Shown here in pieces: positions 8,386-18,320 of a stretch of DNA of 64,000 bases. The stretch lies in assembly GCA_905235375.1 (NCBI GenBank), contig CAJOLH010000004.1, positions 2,133-66,132 of the forward strand, given 5' to 3'. The notes under the pieces are model-generated. The model was not told where the DNA came from, searched no databases, and saw only the letters and a list, made by a program, of their open reading frames with translations. The stretch comes from an uncultured Bacteroidales bacterium (lineage in GTDB: Bacteria; Bacteroidota; Bacteroidia; Bacteroidales; UBA3663). Made by a program: the position numbers and the translations under genes. The first letter of the stretch is position 1. The number at the start of each line of letters is the position of its first letter.

Positions 8386-11298
8386 TTAGAAGCTGATGAG
8401 GAAATCGACGAGGTTCTGGTCGGGGGAAAGGGAGAACTTGCGGCGGAGACGGAGGCGGGCACTTTCGACGCCACGTACGGAGAGGTTGGTGAAGGTGGCG
8501 ATCTGCTTGGTGGAGAGATTGAGGCGCAGGAGGGCGCAGAACTTCAGGTCGCTGGCGGTGAGCGAGGGGTATCGCTCCTGCAGGTTGCGGAAGAAGTGTT
8601 CGTGGATGAGGTCGAAGTTCTTCTGGTAGATGCTCCAGAACTCGAGGTTGCCTTCAGTCTGCTGGATGCGCTTGAGGAGGGCATTCATCTCGCGCACCGA
8701 GATGTTGCCCTTTTTCTGTTCCTCCTGCATTGATTCGCGGAGGTTCTCGATGACCTTTTCCTTCGAGAAGACATCCATGGCCAAGGTAGCAAGATCCTTG
8801 GACTTGGAGGAGAGCTCGGTTTCGAGTATCTGCCGCTGCTGCTGTGCGATGCGCTGTTCCTGCTCGAGCATGATGATGCGCTGTTCGCGGCTCTCCCGTT
8901 CATGCTGATGCTGCTGCAGGAGGATGGCACGGCGCGTGCTCCATCGGGCATAGATCCATGCTACAATGCCGATGATGCCAAGATAAAGAAGGATGGACCA
9001 CCAGCGGAAATACCAGGGTTGGAGGATGCGGAAATGCAGCTGGAGCGTATCGAGGGTTTCCCCTGTGGCACCAAGCGCCTCAGCCTGAAGCGTATAGGTA
9101 CCGGGGGTCAGATTGTTGAGCGTCAGCTGCCGGTCGGTGATTGGAATGTCGCGATTGGGACCTTCGGGGATGGAATAGCGGAACGAGATGCCACTCCCGT
9201 TGTAGTCGGGATAGGAGAAGATGAGGTTGATATTGGGTTCGATGACGGGCACACCATCGATGAGCTCCTGATGCGAGATGTCCTGTCGCTGTCCGTTGCT
9301 CTTGTTGAAATAGGACGTGGAGACAGCAATGCGTGGCTGGATGAGCGAAGCGAAATGACGTGCAGCGAGGTCGTATCGCACCACGCCGCCCGACATGTTG
9401 AAGTAGGCACAGTCGCCGAACTGAAAGACGTTGGCGCACCTGTCGCCCGCCAACATACCGAGCGAAGAGACGGGGATGTACTGACGCAGACAAAGGCTGT
9501 CGGCCTGCTTGTCGATGAGGGCATAGCCCTTCTGCCCTGCCAACCACACGCCGTAGGAGCCAGCATCGGTAGCGTTGAAGACATCCTGCGTACTGGTGAG
9601 AAGACGGTTGAGCGGTTCGTAGGGGACGATGCGCTGCGAAAGGTCGTCGTAGGTGTAGAGCCGCTGTTCGTCGCTCAGCACGATGTTCCCGAAGAACTTC
9701 ATGACATGGCAGGTGGAAGCTCCTCCCTCCTCACCGTCGAGGCGTTCGAACGAGCGGAGGTGCTGGACGGCACGCAGGTCGCGATCGAGCGTGATGCAGA
9801 AGACTCCCTTCTGCATATTGACCGCCCAGATGTGCCCCTGGTGATCGACCTCGAAATGACGGATGGGTGACGAGAACCCTTCGACATTGTGACTGAAGAC
9901 CCACTTGCCCTGATGCTGACGATAGATGCGCAGACGGGTGTAGGACGATTCGACAAGAACATCCTGGTCCCAAATGCGGCATTGCTGAAGGCACGTGCTG
10001 CTGGCATCAGTGTCAGGTACGGGATTGAGCTGATAGCCGTGGTCGGCATCGACCATGAACGTACTGCGATTGCAGCCGAGAAAAAACTGATCTCCAATGC
10101 GGGTGATGTGCCAGTTCTGCCCTTCAGTGTTGGGCACAAGGGTCGCCTCTCCCTGACGCTCGCCTTTCGCTGAGGAGATGGAGTCGGCATCGATGGGGAT
10201 ATGGTAGAAGCCCTCGTTGGTGGCCATGAGAAGTTCACCCTGATGGAGCTGAAGCCCATAGACGGTGCCGATGGACTGATGGACGGGCGAAGGTCTGAGG
10301 CAGGTGATGGGGAAGCCGCAATGAATGAGGGCTATGCCGTTGTCGAGACAAGCCCAGACGTTGTTGTCGGCATCGCAGAAGAGGTTGAGCACCGAGTTGT
10401 TGACCAATCCGTCAGCGACGTTGTAATGCCAAAGCAGCTTACCACTGAGGTCGAGACCGTAGATACCATCGCGGATAGTGCCGATGACGAGCGTGCTGTC
10501 GCGGGTGAAGACAGCACGGTTTATGGTGGCACGGCGCAACTGTTCGTCGATGTTGGTATGGTAGGGAATGGTGAGCCCGGAGGCGGGACGATGCAGATAG
10601 AGCGCGGCATTCTCGGTGCAGAGCAGCATATCGCCAGTGGAACGAAGCTGAAAGCCTGCCACGATGCGACTGTTGCCATAACGCGAAGCGGGAATGGCGG
10701 GTTCGTAGTCGTGCCCCGTGAAGCGATAGTAACCGCCTTCGATTAGTTGCGCCCACAGCTGTCCGCCTATCTGATGGAGATAGAGCGGATGCTTATCGCT
10801 GACGTTGATGGGGCTGACACTGCCCTTTCCATCGTTGGCATCAGGGTCGTAACGGAAGATGGAGGCAAAGGTCTGGAAGTAGATGACATTGTCCTGCTGC
10901 AAGATGAACCAAGGCTCCTCGTGTTCGATCGGGAAGTCACCGATGAGGGGACGCAGCGAGGTGTAGATGAAATGCCCGAAGGTATCGCGTTCGAAGTAAC
11001 CGAAATCTTCGTAGGTACCTACATAGATGCGGCTACCTACTGCCTTTACCGTACGGATGATGGTATTGTCGGCGATGGAGGCAGACGACCACTGGAAGCC
11101 GTCGTAAACCAGAAGACACTTATTGGTGGCAAAATAGACGATGCCGTTCTGATCCTGCGAGCAGCACCACACCTGCGAGCCGATAGAGAGTCCGTAGTCG
11201 GCAGGCGTAAAATTGGTGATGACGGGTCGGAACCCTGCAGCCTGCATGACCATACATACGGGCAGGAGCCACAAGAGGAGGAGGAAACGGAGCTTCAT
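8386..11298 (-). CDS. transmembrane one-component regulator: beta-propeller/Y_Y_Y sensor + LuxR-type HTH
   Basis: The ATG at 11298 gives the signal MKLRFLLLLWLLPVCMVMQA. The upstream part of ORF 8386..11526 runs through the SusC promoter region and is an artefact. Y_Y_Y-like ISFRYSIPEG...TPGTYTLQAEA is followed by the TM segment WWSILLYLGIIGIVAWIY, a coiled coil, and C-terminal LTASDLKFCALLRLNLSTKQIATFTNLSVRGVESARLRLRRKF (LuxR/GerE HTH). Confidence 0.8.
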   Translation of the reverse strand: MKLRFLLLLWLLPVCMVMQAAGFRPVITNFTPADYGLSIGSQVWCCSQDQNGIVYFATNKCLLVYDGFQWSSASIADNTIIRTVKAVGSRIYVGTYEDFGYFERDTFGHFIYTSLRPLIGDFPIEHEEPWFILQQDNVIYFQTFASIFRYDPDANDGKGSVSPINVSDKHPLYLHQIGGQLWAQLIEGGYYRFTGHDYEPAIPASRYGNSRIVAGFQLRSTGDMLLCTENAALYLHRPASGLTIPYHTNIDEQLRRATINRAVFTRDSTLVIGTIRDGIYGLDLSGKLLWHYNVADGLVNNSVLNLFCDADNNVWACLDNGIALIHCGFPITCLRPSPVHQSIGTVYGLQLHQGELLMATNEGFYHIPIDADSISSAKGERQGEATLVPNTEGQNWHITRIGDQFFLGCNRSTFMVDADHGYQLNPVPDTDASSTCLQQCRIWDQDVLVESSYTRLRIYRQHQGKWVFSHNVEGFSSPIRHFEVDHQGHIWAVNMQKGVFCITLDRDLRAVQHLRSFERLDGEEGGASTCHVMKFFGNIVLSDEQRLYTYDDLSQRIVPYEPLNRLLTSTQDVFNATDAGSYGVWLAGQKGYALIDKQADSLCLRQYIPVSSLGMLAGDRCANVFQFGDCAYFNMSGGVVRYDLAARHFASLIQPRIAVSTSYFNKSNGQRQDISHQELIDGVPVIEPNINLIFSYPDYNGSGISFRYSIPEGPNRDIPITDRQLTLNNLTPGTYTLQAEALGATGETLDTLQLHFRILQPWYFRWWSILLYLGIIGIVAWIYARWSTRRAILLQQHQHERESREQRIIMLEQEQRIAQQQRQILETELSSKSKDLATLAMDVFSKEKVIENLRESMQEEQKKGNISVREMNALLKRIQQTEGNLEFWSIYQKNFDLIHEHFFRNLQERYPSLTASDLKFCALLRLNLSTKQIATFTNLSVRGVESARLRLRRKFSLSPDQNLVDFLISF

Positions 11299-11338
11299 GG
11301 TGGATAAAATATTTAGAAAGAGGGTGCGTTTTCGGGCA

Positions 11339-11346
11339 CAAAGATA
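11339..11346 (-). promoter_or_regulatory. -7 box TATCTTTG for the Y_Y_Y/LuxR regulator
   Basis: Lies 41 nt upstream of the 11298 start. Confidence 0.5.
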
Positions 11347-11508
11347 CGAATTATTATTGAAACGTGGAAATTTTTTTATAATTATTTCATTATTCAACTC
11401 AATAATTAACAATAGATTGTAAAAAAGAGCGTAGGAAAAGCGTAGTAGAAGCAAATCGTAGCGTAGTAGATTCGTAGTATAATATTTGGACGTAAGGTAG
11501 AAAAACCC

Positions 11509-11516
11509 TATCTTTG
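11509..11516 (+). promoter_or_regulatory. -7 box TATCTTTG (shared leader cassette, SusC operon)
   Basis: Matches the TAnnTTTG consensus. TTTGG lies about 22 nt upstream. Confidence 0.6.
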
Positions 11517-11561
11517 CAGCGTCCATTACGAGAAATCGAAAACAAATGCGAATAATAACAA

Positions 11562-11690
11562 GGGGGTCGCTTCGCTCAAAATTCTCAAAAAATTAAATCA
11601 AAAAATTATAAGAAAAACGGGGCGAGATGGTCACGGCTTTTTAGATCACCTTCTTTTGATAATTTTTTATAATATTGAGCGAAGCGACAC
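11562..11690 (+). repeat. E element
   Basis: Same orientation and context as 2941..3066. The right arm is degenerate (GCGACAC). Confidence 0.85.
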
Positions 11691-12163
11691 TAAAACAAAA
11701 CATCGAAAAACCTGGGACAAAAAATTTTCGTTGATTTCGTGGTTTTCGTGGTTTTTCGGAATACTAAAATACGAGGGAGGTAATTCTGAAAATGTCCGAA
11801 AAGACGAAAAAGGACGAAAATTGGATCACGGATCATGGGGATTGAACGGATGTCCGAATAAGGTCACACAGATTCCTCAGATTCACACAGATTTTGCTTG
11901 CGCACACCCGTGATTGTCTGCGAGTCGCCAAGGAGGTATTTTTCTCTACGGACTTATTGGACTTTAAGGACTCTTTGCTTGCGCACTCCAGGGAGAGTAA
12001 TTCCGAAAATGTCCGAAAAGACGAAAAAGATCCGAAAAGACGAAAAAGGACGAAAATGGTTTGTAGTCATTTCCGTGTTTTTCGAAGTTGCCATGAAGCG
12101 AACATTCCAACAACCTACACATCTTATATATTATTAATCCACAAAAACCAAATCCAATTAAGT

Positions 12164-15100
12164 ATGAAAAAGCAAACACTTGCATTATTGCTTGTCCTTG
12201 CAATGGTTCCCGTGTCGTTGTTGGCACAGAGCTTAGGCAAGGTGAAGGGTCGCGTGCTCGATGAGTTCGGCGAACCTCTGTTGGGTGCTGTAGTACGCGT
12301 GGCGGGCACCGACATCGTCACCACCACCGACTACGACGGCAACTACGAACTCGAAGGTGTGGCATCGGATGCCACATTGACCTGCTCCTACCTTGGCATG
12401 ACGACAGAGAACGTGAAAGTGAAGGGCGGAACGATGAACTTCAACATGTCGCCCGACGTACAGAACCTTGAAGAGACCGTGGTGATAGGCTACGGCGCAG
12501 CCAAGTCGAAGGACCTGACCGCACCCATCGAGACCGTGAAGGCAGCCGACATCGTCAGCGTACCGACCTCATCGCCCATGGCAGCCCTGCAGGGCAAGGT
12601 GGCTGGTGTGAACATCGTGAACAGCGGTGTGCCTGGCGGCGGACCTACGGTGACCATCCGTGGTCTGGGATCGTTCAGCAACACTACCCCACTCTATGTG
12701 GTGGATGGAATGTTCTACGACAACATCAACTTCCTTAACAACAGTGACATCGAGGAGATGAGCATCATGAAGGACGCCAGCGCCAGCGCCATCTACGGTG
12801 TGCGTGCCGCCAATGGCGTGGTGATCATCACTACGAAGAAAGGCAAGAACAACGAACGCGCCAAGGTGTCGTACGACGGCTACGTGGGTATGCAGAAGGC
12901 CACGAACGTGCTTGAGATGTGTAATTCGAGCCAGTACGCACAGATGCTGCGCGAGAGCGGTGTGGACGAATACCTGCCGATGCTGAAGGCCAGTGTGGAA
13001 AAATACGGTGGCAACTTCGAGCAGAACCAGTACAACTCGGACACCGACTGGTACGACGAGCTGCTTCGCACAGCCGTGATCACCAACCACAGCCTGAACA
13101 TCAGCGGCGGCACCGACAGGGCCACCTACGGCGTGGGCATGAGTTACCTCTACCAGAACGGTATCATGGATGCCGACAACGACTATCAGCGTCTCAACTT
13201 CCGTGGCAATCTGGAGTACAAGGCGTTCAACTGGCTCACCGTGGGCATGAACGGCGTGTTCAGCCAGAGCACCCAGCAGCTGCCAAACAACGCTGCCTGG
13301 CAGCAGGCATTCAACATGCCCGGCATCTTCCCCGTGTTTGACAAGACAACCGCCGACATCTACACCGACGGCTATGCCAGCCCGAACACCATCGGCGTAA
13401 GCAATAACTTCTACAACCCTGTGGCTACGGCTGCATTCTTCGACTCGCAGAACAAGAACTACCAGGTGCTGAGCAACTTCTATGCACAGTTCAACCTCAT
13501 CCCTGAGAAGTGGAACTTCCGCACCAGCTACAGCTACGACTATTCGACCACACGTGCAACGGCATTCACGCCCCAGTACTACCTGGGCAACGTGCAGCAG
13601 ACTTCGACCACCAGTCTGACCAAGACCGACAGCAACTACAACAACTACGTTTGGGACAACACGATGACCTACACCGACCAGTGGGGCGACCACCGCTTGA
13701 CTGCCATGCTCGGCACCTCGCTGCGCCAGGAGCGTTACGACGGCCTTTGGGGCACTGCACAGAACGTACCCGAGGGACAGGACAGCTGGAAGTACCTCTC
13801 GCTGGGCGACAAGGAAGGCATCACCCTGGGTGACGGAGGCTACCGCTACCGTGCCCTCTCCTACTTCGCACGTTTCAACTACAACTATGCCGACAAGTAC
13901 CTGCTCATGGTAACCCTCCGCGAGGACGGCAGTTCGAAGTACAACGAGCCTTGGGGCTTCTTCCCCTCGATAGGTGCTGCCTGGGTAATCACCAACGAGG
14001 ACTTCATGAAGGATCAGGACATCTTCCAGTACCTGAAGTTACGTGCCAGCTGGGGCAAGCTCGGTAACGACAAGATTGCCGCCAGTGCAGGTTATGCAGC
14101 CAGCTCGACCGCACGTGCCGTCTTCGGCACAAACAATGCCCTCGACGGCTACATCAACGGTTCGACCTTCAGCTGGCTCAGCTGGGAAACCGTCAACGAG
14201 ACCAACATCGGCCTGAACTTCACCACCGCCCACAACCACCTCACCGGCGACATCGACTGGTACTATCGCATGACCAGCGACGCCGTGATCAGCCCCGCAC
14301 GCCCGATGCAGAACACCACCGTGGCAGGCAACTGGGCAGAAATCCTCAACATGGGTATCGACCTGACCCTGAACTGGAACCAGCGTCTCACCAAGGACTT
14401 CAGCTACCAGGTGGGTGCCACCCTCGGATGGCTGCACAATGAGGTGAACAGCCTGAAGGACGGCGTGAAGCAGGTGCAGACCAACGGCAAGGTCTATCAG
14501 ATTGTGGGCGAAAAGATGAACAGCTACTATGGCTACAAGGTGCTGGGCGTCTATCAGAATGCTGCCGAAATTGCAGCTGACCCTGTGGCCGTTGCCAACG
14601 GCCTTGAGCCCGGTGACTTCCGCTATGAGGACGTGAACGGCGACAACGTGATCGACGGCAGTGACAAGCAGGCCCTAGGCAGCTACGTGCCCGACATCAC
14701 CTACGGCCTGAACGCAGCCGTACAGTGGCGCAACCTCGACTTTGCCATCAGCTTCTACGGCCAGGCAGGAGGCGAACTCTGGAACCGCAAGCGCGCCCTG
14801 CGCTATGCTGCCCAGAACTACAACTTCGACCTTGCCCAGTTTGAGAACCGCTGGCATGGCGAAGGAACGAGCAACTCCGATCCTTCGGCCAAGGCCCTGA
14901 TGAAGAGCTGGAACGTGGGCGACAGCCAGAATGCCAGCTACTTCGTCGAAAGTGCCAACTACTTCCGTCTGCAGAACGTTTCGCTCGGCTATACGTTCAA
15001 GAATATCGAAATGGGCGGCTACACCCTGCCCAGCGCACGCGTCAGCCTCTCTGCCGACCGTCCTTTCACCTGGTTCTCGGCCAACTCCTTCTCGCCTGAG

Positions 15101-15181
15101 GTAAGCGATGCCGACGGTTGGGATTGGCAGGTCTATCCACTCTCCGCTACCTATACCCTGGGTGTGCAGATTAACTTCTAA
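12164..15181 (+). CDS. SusC/RagA-family TonB-dependent outer-membrane transporter
   Basis: The ATG at 12164 gives MKKQTLALLLVLAMVPVSLLAQS. CarboxypepD_reg-like GKVKGRVLDEFGEPLLGAVVRV, plug region, about 1000 aa, ends in an aromatic residue (VQINF). A SusD-like gene follows directly. The 11894 start in the ORF track crosses repeat DNA. Confidence 0.92.
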   Translation: MKKQTLALLLVLAMVPVSLLAQSLGKVKGRVLDEFGEPLLGAVVRVAGTDIVTTTDYDGNYELEGVASDATLTCSYLGMTTENVKVKGGTMNFNMSPDVQNLEETVVIGYGAAKSKDLTAPIETVKAADIVSVPTSSPMAALQGKVAGVNIVNSGVPGGGPTVTIRGLGSFSNTTPLYVVDGMFYDNINFLNNSDIEEMSIMKDASASAIYGVRAANGVVIITTKKGKNNERAKVSYDGYVGMQKATNVLEMCNSSQYAQMLRESGVDEYLPMLKASVEKYGGNFEQNQYNSDTDWYDELLRTAVITNHSLNISGGTDRATYGVGMSYLYQNGIMDADNDYQRLNFRGNLEYKAFNWLTVGMNGVFSQSTQQLPNNAAWQQAFNMPGIFPVFDKTTADIYTDGYASPNTIGVSNNFYNPVATAAFFDSQNKNYQVLSNFYAQFNLIPEKWNFRTSYSYDYSTTRATAFTPQYYLGNVQQTSTTSLTKTDSNYNNYVWDNTMTYTDQWGDHRLTAMLGTSLRQERYDGLWGTAQNVPEGQDSWKYLSLGDKEGITLGDGGYRYRALSYFARFNYNYADKYLLMVTLREDGSSKYNEPWGFFPSIGAAWVITNEDFMKDQDIFQYLKLRASWGKLGNDKIAASAGYAASSTARAVFGTNNALDGYINGSTFSWLSWETVNETNIGLNFTTAHNHLTGDIDWYYRMTSDAVISPARPMQNTTVAGNWAEILNMGIDLTLNWNQRLTKDFSYQVGATLGWLHNEVNSLKDGVKQVQTNGKVYQIVGEKMNSYYGYKVLGVYQNAAEIAADPVAVANGLEPGDFRYEDVNGDNVIDGSDKQALGSYVPDITYGLNAAVQWRNLDFAISFYGQAGGELWNRKRALRYAAQNYNFDLAQFENRWHGEGTSNSDPSAKALMKSWNVGDSQNASYFVESANYFRLQNVSLGYTFKNIEMGGYTLPSARVSLSADRPFTWFSANSFSPEVSDADGWDWQVYPLSATYTLGVQINF

Positions 15182-15219
15182 CCCATCACTCATTACCCAT
15201 AACATACAATCATCAAGTT

Positions 15220-16725
15220 ATGAAAAATATGAAGACTTTATTATACGTACTCCCTGCTGCAATGCTGGCACTGACCAGCTGCAACGACTACATCGACATT
15301 GATGCGGAGAACTCTATCGACGTGGATGCCATCGACTACACCGATGCGAGCACCATGCACGAGGCTGCCACAGGTGCCTACGCCACCATGCGCACACAGG
15401 GCATCCACTGGGCCAATGCCATGATCTGGCTGGGCCGTGACGACGACATGTCGTCGGGACGCGCCGATGACCAGGGCGATGCACTCAAGTTCGGCTACCC
15501 CGGCGGTTACACCAACCCGAATGCCTTCTGGGCAGTAGGCAACATGTGGAGCACGATGTACAACATCATCATCGACTGCAACTCGAACATCGATGCGCTC
15601 GACCAGTATGCCGAGAACCTCAGCACCGGCAGCGCAGATTACCAGAACTACCTGCAGTACAAGGGTGAAGTGCGCGTAGTGCGCGCCTGGGCCTACTACC
15701 AGCTCGTCACCAACTTCGGGCCCTGTGTGATCTATCGCGACAACACGCAGAACTCGTTCCGCCGCAACATCGTGGAGAAGGTCTATGACTACATCATCAC
15801 CGAGCTGCAAGAGGCTGCTGCCGGCATGGAGGCCAAGCGCCCCAACCAGATGTCGCGCCCCGGAGCATTCACCAAATACACAGCCGAGGCACTTGCCGCC
15901 CGCACGGCGCTGCTTGCCGGTAACTATGCACTGGTGGAGACACTCACCGACGACATCATCAATGGTGGAGGCTTCGAGCTTTACCCCGACTACTACAACC
16001 TCTTCAAGATCCCCGGCAAGCTCTGTAACGAAAGCCTCATGGAGGTGCAGTGCTCGGACTTCGGCACAGCCAGCGGCGACTATGTGGGCGTTGACCAGTG
16101 GTTCAACTTCCGTGGCGCAGGTCTCACCCTCTACGACGAGGCCGGCAACTGGAGCAACGGCATTGGCGGCTGGACGTTCATGCGCTACAGTCCCAAGTTC
16201 CTCCAGCTGATGGAGAGCCGTGGCGAGACCATTCGCTTGGAGACTTCGCTGCTTGTGGCTGGCACTACCACACGCGAGGGCTGGACTATCAACGGCGACC
16301 TGGACCGTACAGCCGAGATAGCTCAGATCTACGACGGCAAGGGCTATCTTCCCTTCGAGCAGATGACTGCTGGCAACAGCGAGTGGGGACGCAACAACAA
16401 CGTGCGCATCATCCGCTATGCCGAGGTGCTGCTGATGAATGCCGAGGCCAAAGTGCGCTTGGGCAAGAACGGTGATGCACCATTCAACCAGGTACGTACA
16501 CGCGCTCAGATGCCAACGGTGAGCGGCGTCAATGTAGATCAGATACTGGAGGAGCGCCGTGTGGAGCTCTGCGCCGAGTGGGGCCTGCGTTACACCGACC
16601 TCTGCCGCACCGGTCAGGCAGCCAGCGTGCTTGGCAAATATGGCTGGAACGAGGGCAGCCGCTATATCCCTGTGCCTTCGAACCAGATCATCAATACGCC
16701 CGAACTGGGTGAGGATCCCGAATAA
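15220..16725 (+). CDS. SusD/RagB-family nutrient-binding lipoprotein
   Basis: Lipoprotein signal ...LALTSCNDY. About 500 aa, 39 nt downstream of SusC. TPR-like SusD sequence features (RAWAYYQL, IRYAEVLLMNAEA, ERRVELCAEWGLRYTDL). Confidence 0.9.
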   Translation: MKNMKTLLYVLPAAMLALTSCNDYIDIDAENSIDVDAIDYTDASTMHEAATGAYATMRTQGIHWANAMIWLGRDDDMSSGRADDQGDALKFGYPGGYTNPNAFWAVGNMWSTMYNIIIDCNSNIDALDQYAENLSTGSADYQNYLQYKGEVRVVRAWAYYQLVTNFGPCVIYRDNTQNSFRRNIVEKVYDYIITELQEAAAGMEAKRPNQMSRPGAFTKYTAEALAARTALLAGNYALVETLTDDIINGGGFELYPDYYNLFKIPGKLCNESLMEVQCSDFGTASGDYVGVDQWFNFRGAGLTLYDEAGNWSNGIGGWTFMRYSPKFLQLMESRGETIRLETSLLVAGTTTREGWTINGDLDRTAEIAQIYDGKGYLPFEQMTAGNSEWGRNNNVRIIRYAEVLLMNAEAKVRLGKNGDAPFNQVRTRAQMPTVSGVNVDQILEERRVELCAEWGLRYTDLCRTGQAASVLGKYGWNEGSRYIPVPSNQIINTPELGEDPE

Positions 16726-16735
16726 TTCTTCTTTT

Positions 16736-16883
16736 CTATCACGTTTTTTCTATCACGAATTAGAGAATTTGAGAATTATTATTTGTGATGGCTTTGGTCA
16801 AGACTTAAAAATTCGATAATTCGATAATTCGTGATAAAAAAGAAAAACACGATAATTCGTGATAAGAAAATAACGTGATAAAG
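16736..16883. repeat. word hairpin (TATCACG / CGTGATA, AATTCGAT words) between SusD and GH144
   Basis: The left arm 16750-16780 faces the right arms 16810-16837 and 16848-16866. Confidence 0.8.
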
Positions 16884-16901
16884 ATAAAAAAGTCACTCAA
16901 C

Positions 16902-18257
16902 ATGAAACATTATCACAAATCACTGATAGGACTGGCAAGCCTTGCACTGCTCGTCTGCTCGTGCAACAGTTCGAACGAACAAACGAACCAAGAGGGCAGT
17001 CAGACAATCCAGCTGAGCGACAACGAGCTGCTTGACCTTGTGCAGCAGCAGTGCATGAACTACATGTGGGATGGTGCTGACCCGACCTCCGGACTTGCCT
17101 ACGAACGCATCCACCTCGATGGCGTTTATCCTGCGAACGACAAGATGACGATTACCACGGGTGGTTCGGGCTTCGGTGTTGCCGGCCTGATAGTCGGCAT
17201 GGATCGCGGCTGGATCAAACGTGCGGATGGCGTGGCTCGACTGACCCGCATCGTCGATTATCTGGCAAAGGCCGACCGCTACCACGGTGTCTGGTCGCAC
17301 TGGATGGACGGTCCTTCGGGCAAGACCATCCCCTTTGGCACGAAGGACAACGGAGGCGACCTCGTGGAGTCGTGCTTCCTGATGCAGTCGCTGCTTTGCG
17401 TGCGCCAATATCTGAAAGCTGATGTCGAAGCGGAAGCCTACGTCATCGACAAGATCAATGAGCTATGGAAGGCCATGGAGTTCGACTGGTACACACGCGA
17501 AGGCCAGCACGTAATCTATTGGCATTGGAGTCCCAACTATGGCTGGGAAATGAACTTCCCGCTGGAGGGCTACAACGAGTGCCTTATCACCTACATCCTT
17601 GCAGCTGCCAGTCCGACACACACCGTGCCTGCCGAATGTTATCACGAGGGCTGGGCACGCAGTGGCGGCATCAAGAGCGATGCTGCTCCCTACGGCTATC
17701 CGCTCGACGTGAAGCACAACTATGCCGAGGCGAACGGCGGTCCGCTGTTCTGGGCACACTACAGCTGGATTGGACTTTGTCCGAAGGGGCTCAAGGACCA
17801 ATATGCCGACTATTGGCACGTGACGGCTAATCATGCCCTTGCCAACTATGCCTACTGCGTGGATAATCCCAAGGGCTACAAGGGCTACAGCAAGGATTGC
17901 TGGGGCCTGACCGCCAGCTATTCGCCCGACGGATATGCAGCCCACGCTCCCAACCAGGACCTTGGCGTCATCACGCCAACCGCTGCCCTTTCGAGCTTCC
18001 CCTACACTCCCGAACAGAGCATGGCCGCCTTGCGTCATTTCTATTCGATGGAGTCGTTCCTCTGGGGCAAATACGGGCCGTTCGATGCCTTCTCGCTCGA
18101 TCCTTCGTGGACCCTTCCACGTTACCTTGCCATCGACCAGCTCACCATTGCACCCATGATCGAGAACTATCGCACAGGGCTGCTCTGGAAACTCTTCATG
18201 AGCTGTCCGGAAGTGCAGGAGGGACTGACGAAACTGGGGTTTACAATTAACAATTAA
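16902..18257 (+). CDS. GH144-like (DUF3131, 'glucoamylase family') putative endo-beta-1,2-glucanase lipoprotein
   Basis: The ATG at 16902 gives MKHYHKSLIGLASLALLVCSCNS. Size (about 450 aa) and sequence character match my recollection of the DUF3131/GH144 family. The assignment is from memory, not a search. Confidence 0.55.
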   Translation: MKHYHKSLIGLASLALLVCSCNSSNEQTNQEGSQTIQLSDNELLDLVQQQCMNYMWDGADPTSGLAYERIHLDGVYPANDKMTITTGGSGFGVAGLIVGMDRGWIKRADGVARLTRIVDYLAKADRYHGVWSHWMDGPSGKTIPFGTKDNGGDLVESCFLMQSLLCVRQYLKADVEAEAYVIDKINELWKAMEFDWYTREGQHVIYWHWSPNYGWEMNFPLEGYNECLITYILAAASPTHTVPAECYHEGWARSGGIKSDAAPYGYPLDVKHNYAEANGGPLFWAHYSWIGLCPKGLKDQYADYWHVTANHALANYAYCVDNPKGYKGYSKDCWGLTASYSPDGYAAHAPNQDLGVITPTAALSSFPYTPEQSMAALRHFYSMESFLWGKYGPFDAFSLDPSWTLPRYLAIDQLTIAPMIENYRTGLLWKLFMSCPEVQEGLTKLGFTINN

Positions 18258-18311
18258 TAATTAACAATTAATAATTAATAATTAACAATTAATAATTAAC
18301 AATTAATAATT
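18244..18311. repeat. tandem CAATTAATAATTAA (14-bp) repeat, G-free on the + strand, between GH144 and GH3
   Basis: About 4.5 units. The repeat begins inside the last codons of GH144 (..TINN*). Confidence 0.9.
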
Positions 18312-18320
18312 GGATTGGCT

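Larger units (their letters stand above)
11509..12163 (+). repeat. mosaic repeat leader, colinear copy 2, upstream of SusC (cassette, E, D, B, C, D, 3' module)
   Basis: Same module order as 2889..3353, plus an extra D duplication (12001-12057) and the 3' module at 12060-12090. Confidence 0.9.

Noticed and set aside
11894-12163. N-terminal extensions offered by the ORF track: SusC from 11894, regulator to 11526, T9SS gene to 35587, SDR from 29142, S16 to 42525, DPP-IV to 51010.
   Set aside because: The extensions run through repeat modules, promoters or the neighbouring gene. Internal ATGs give canonical signal peptides or canonical N-termini.
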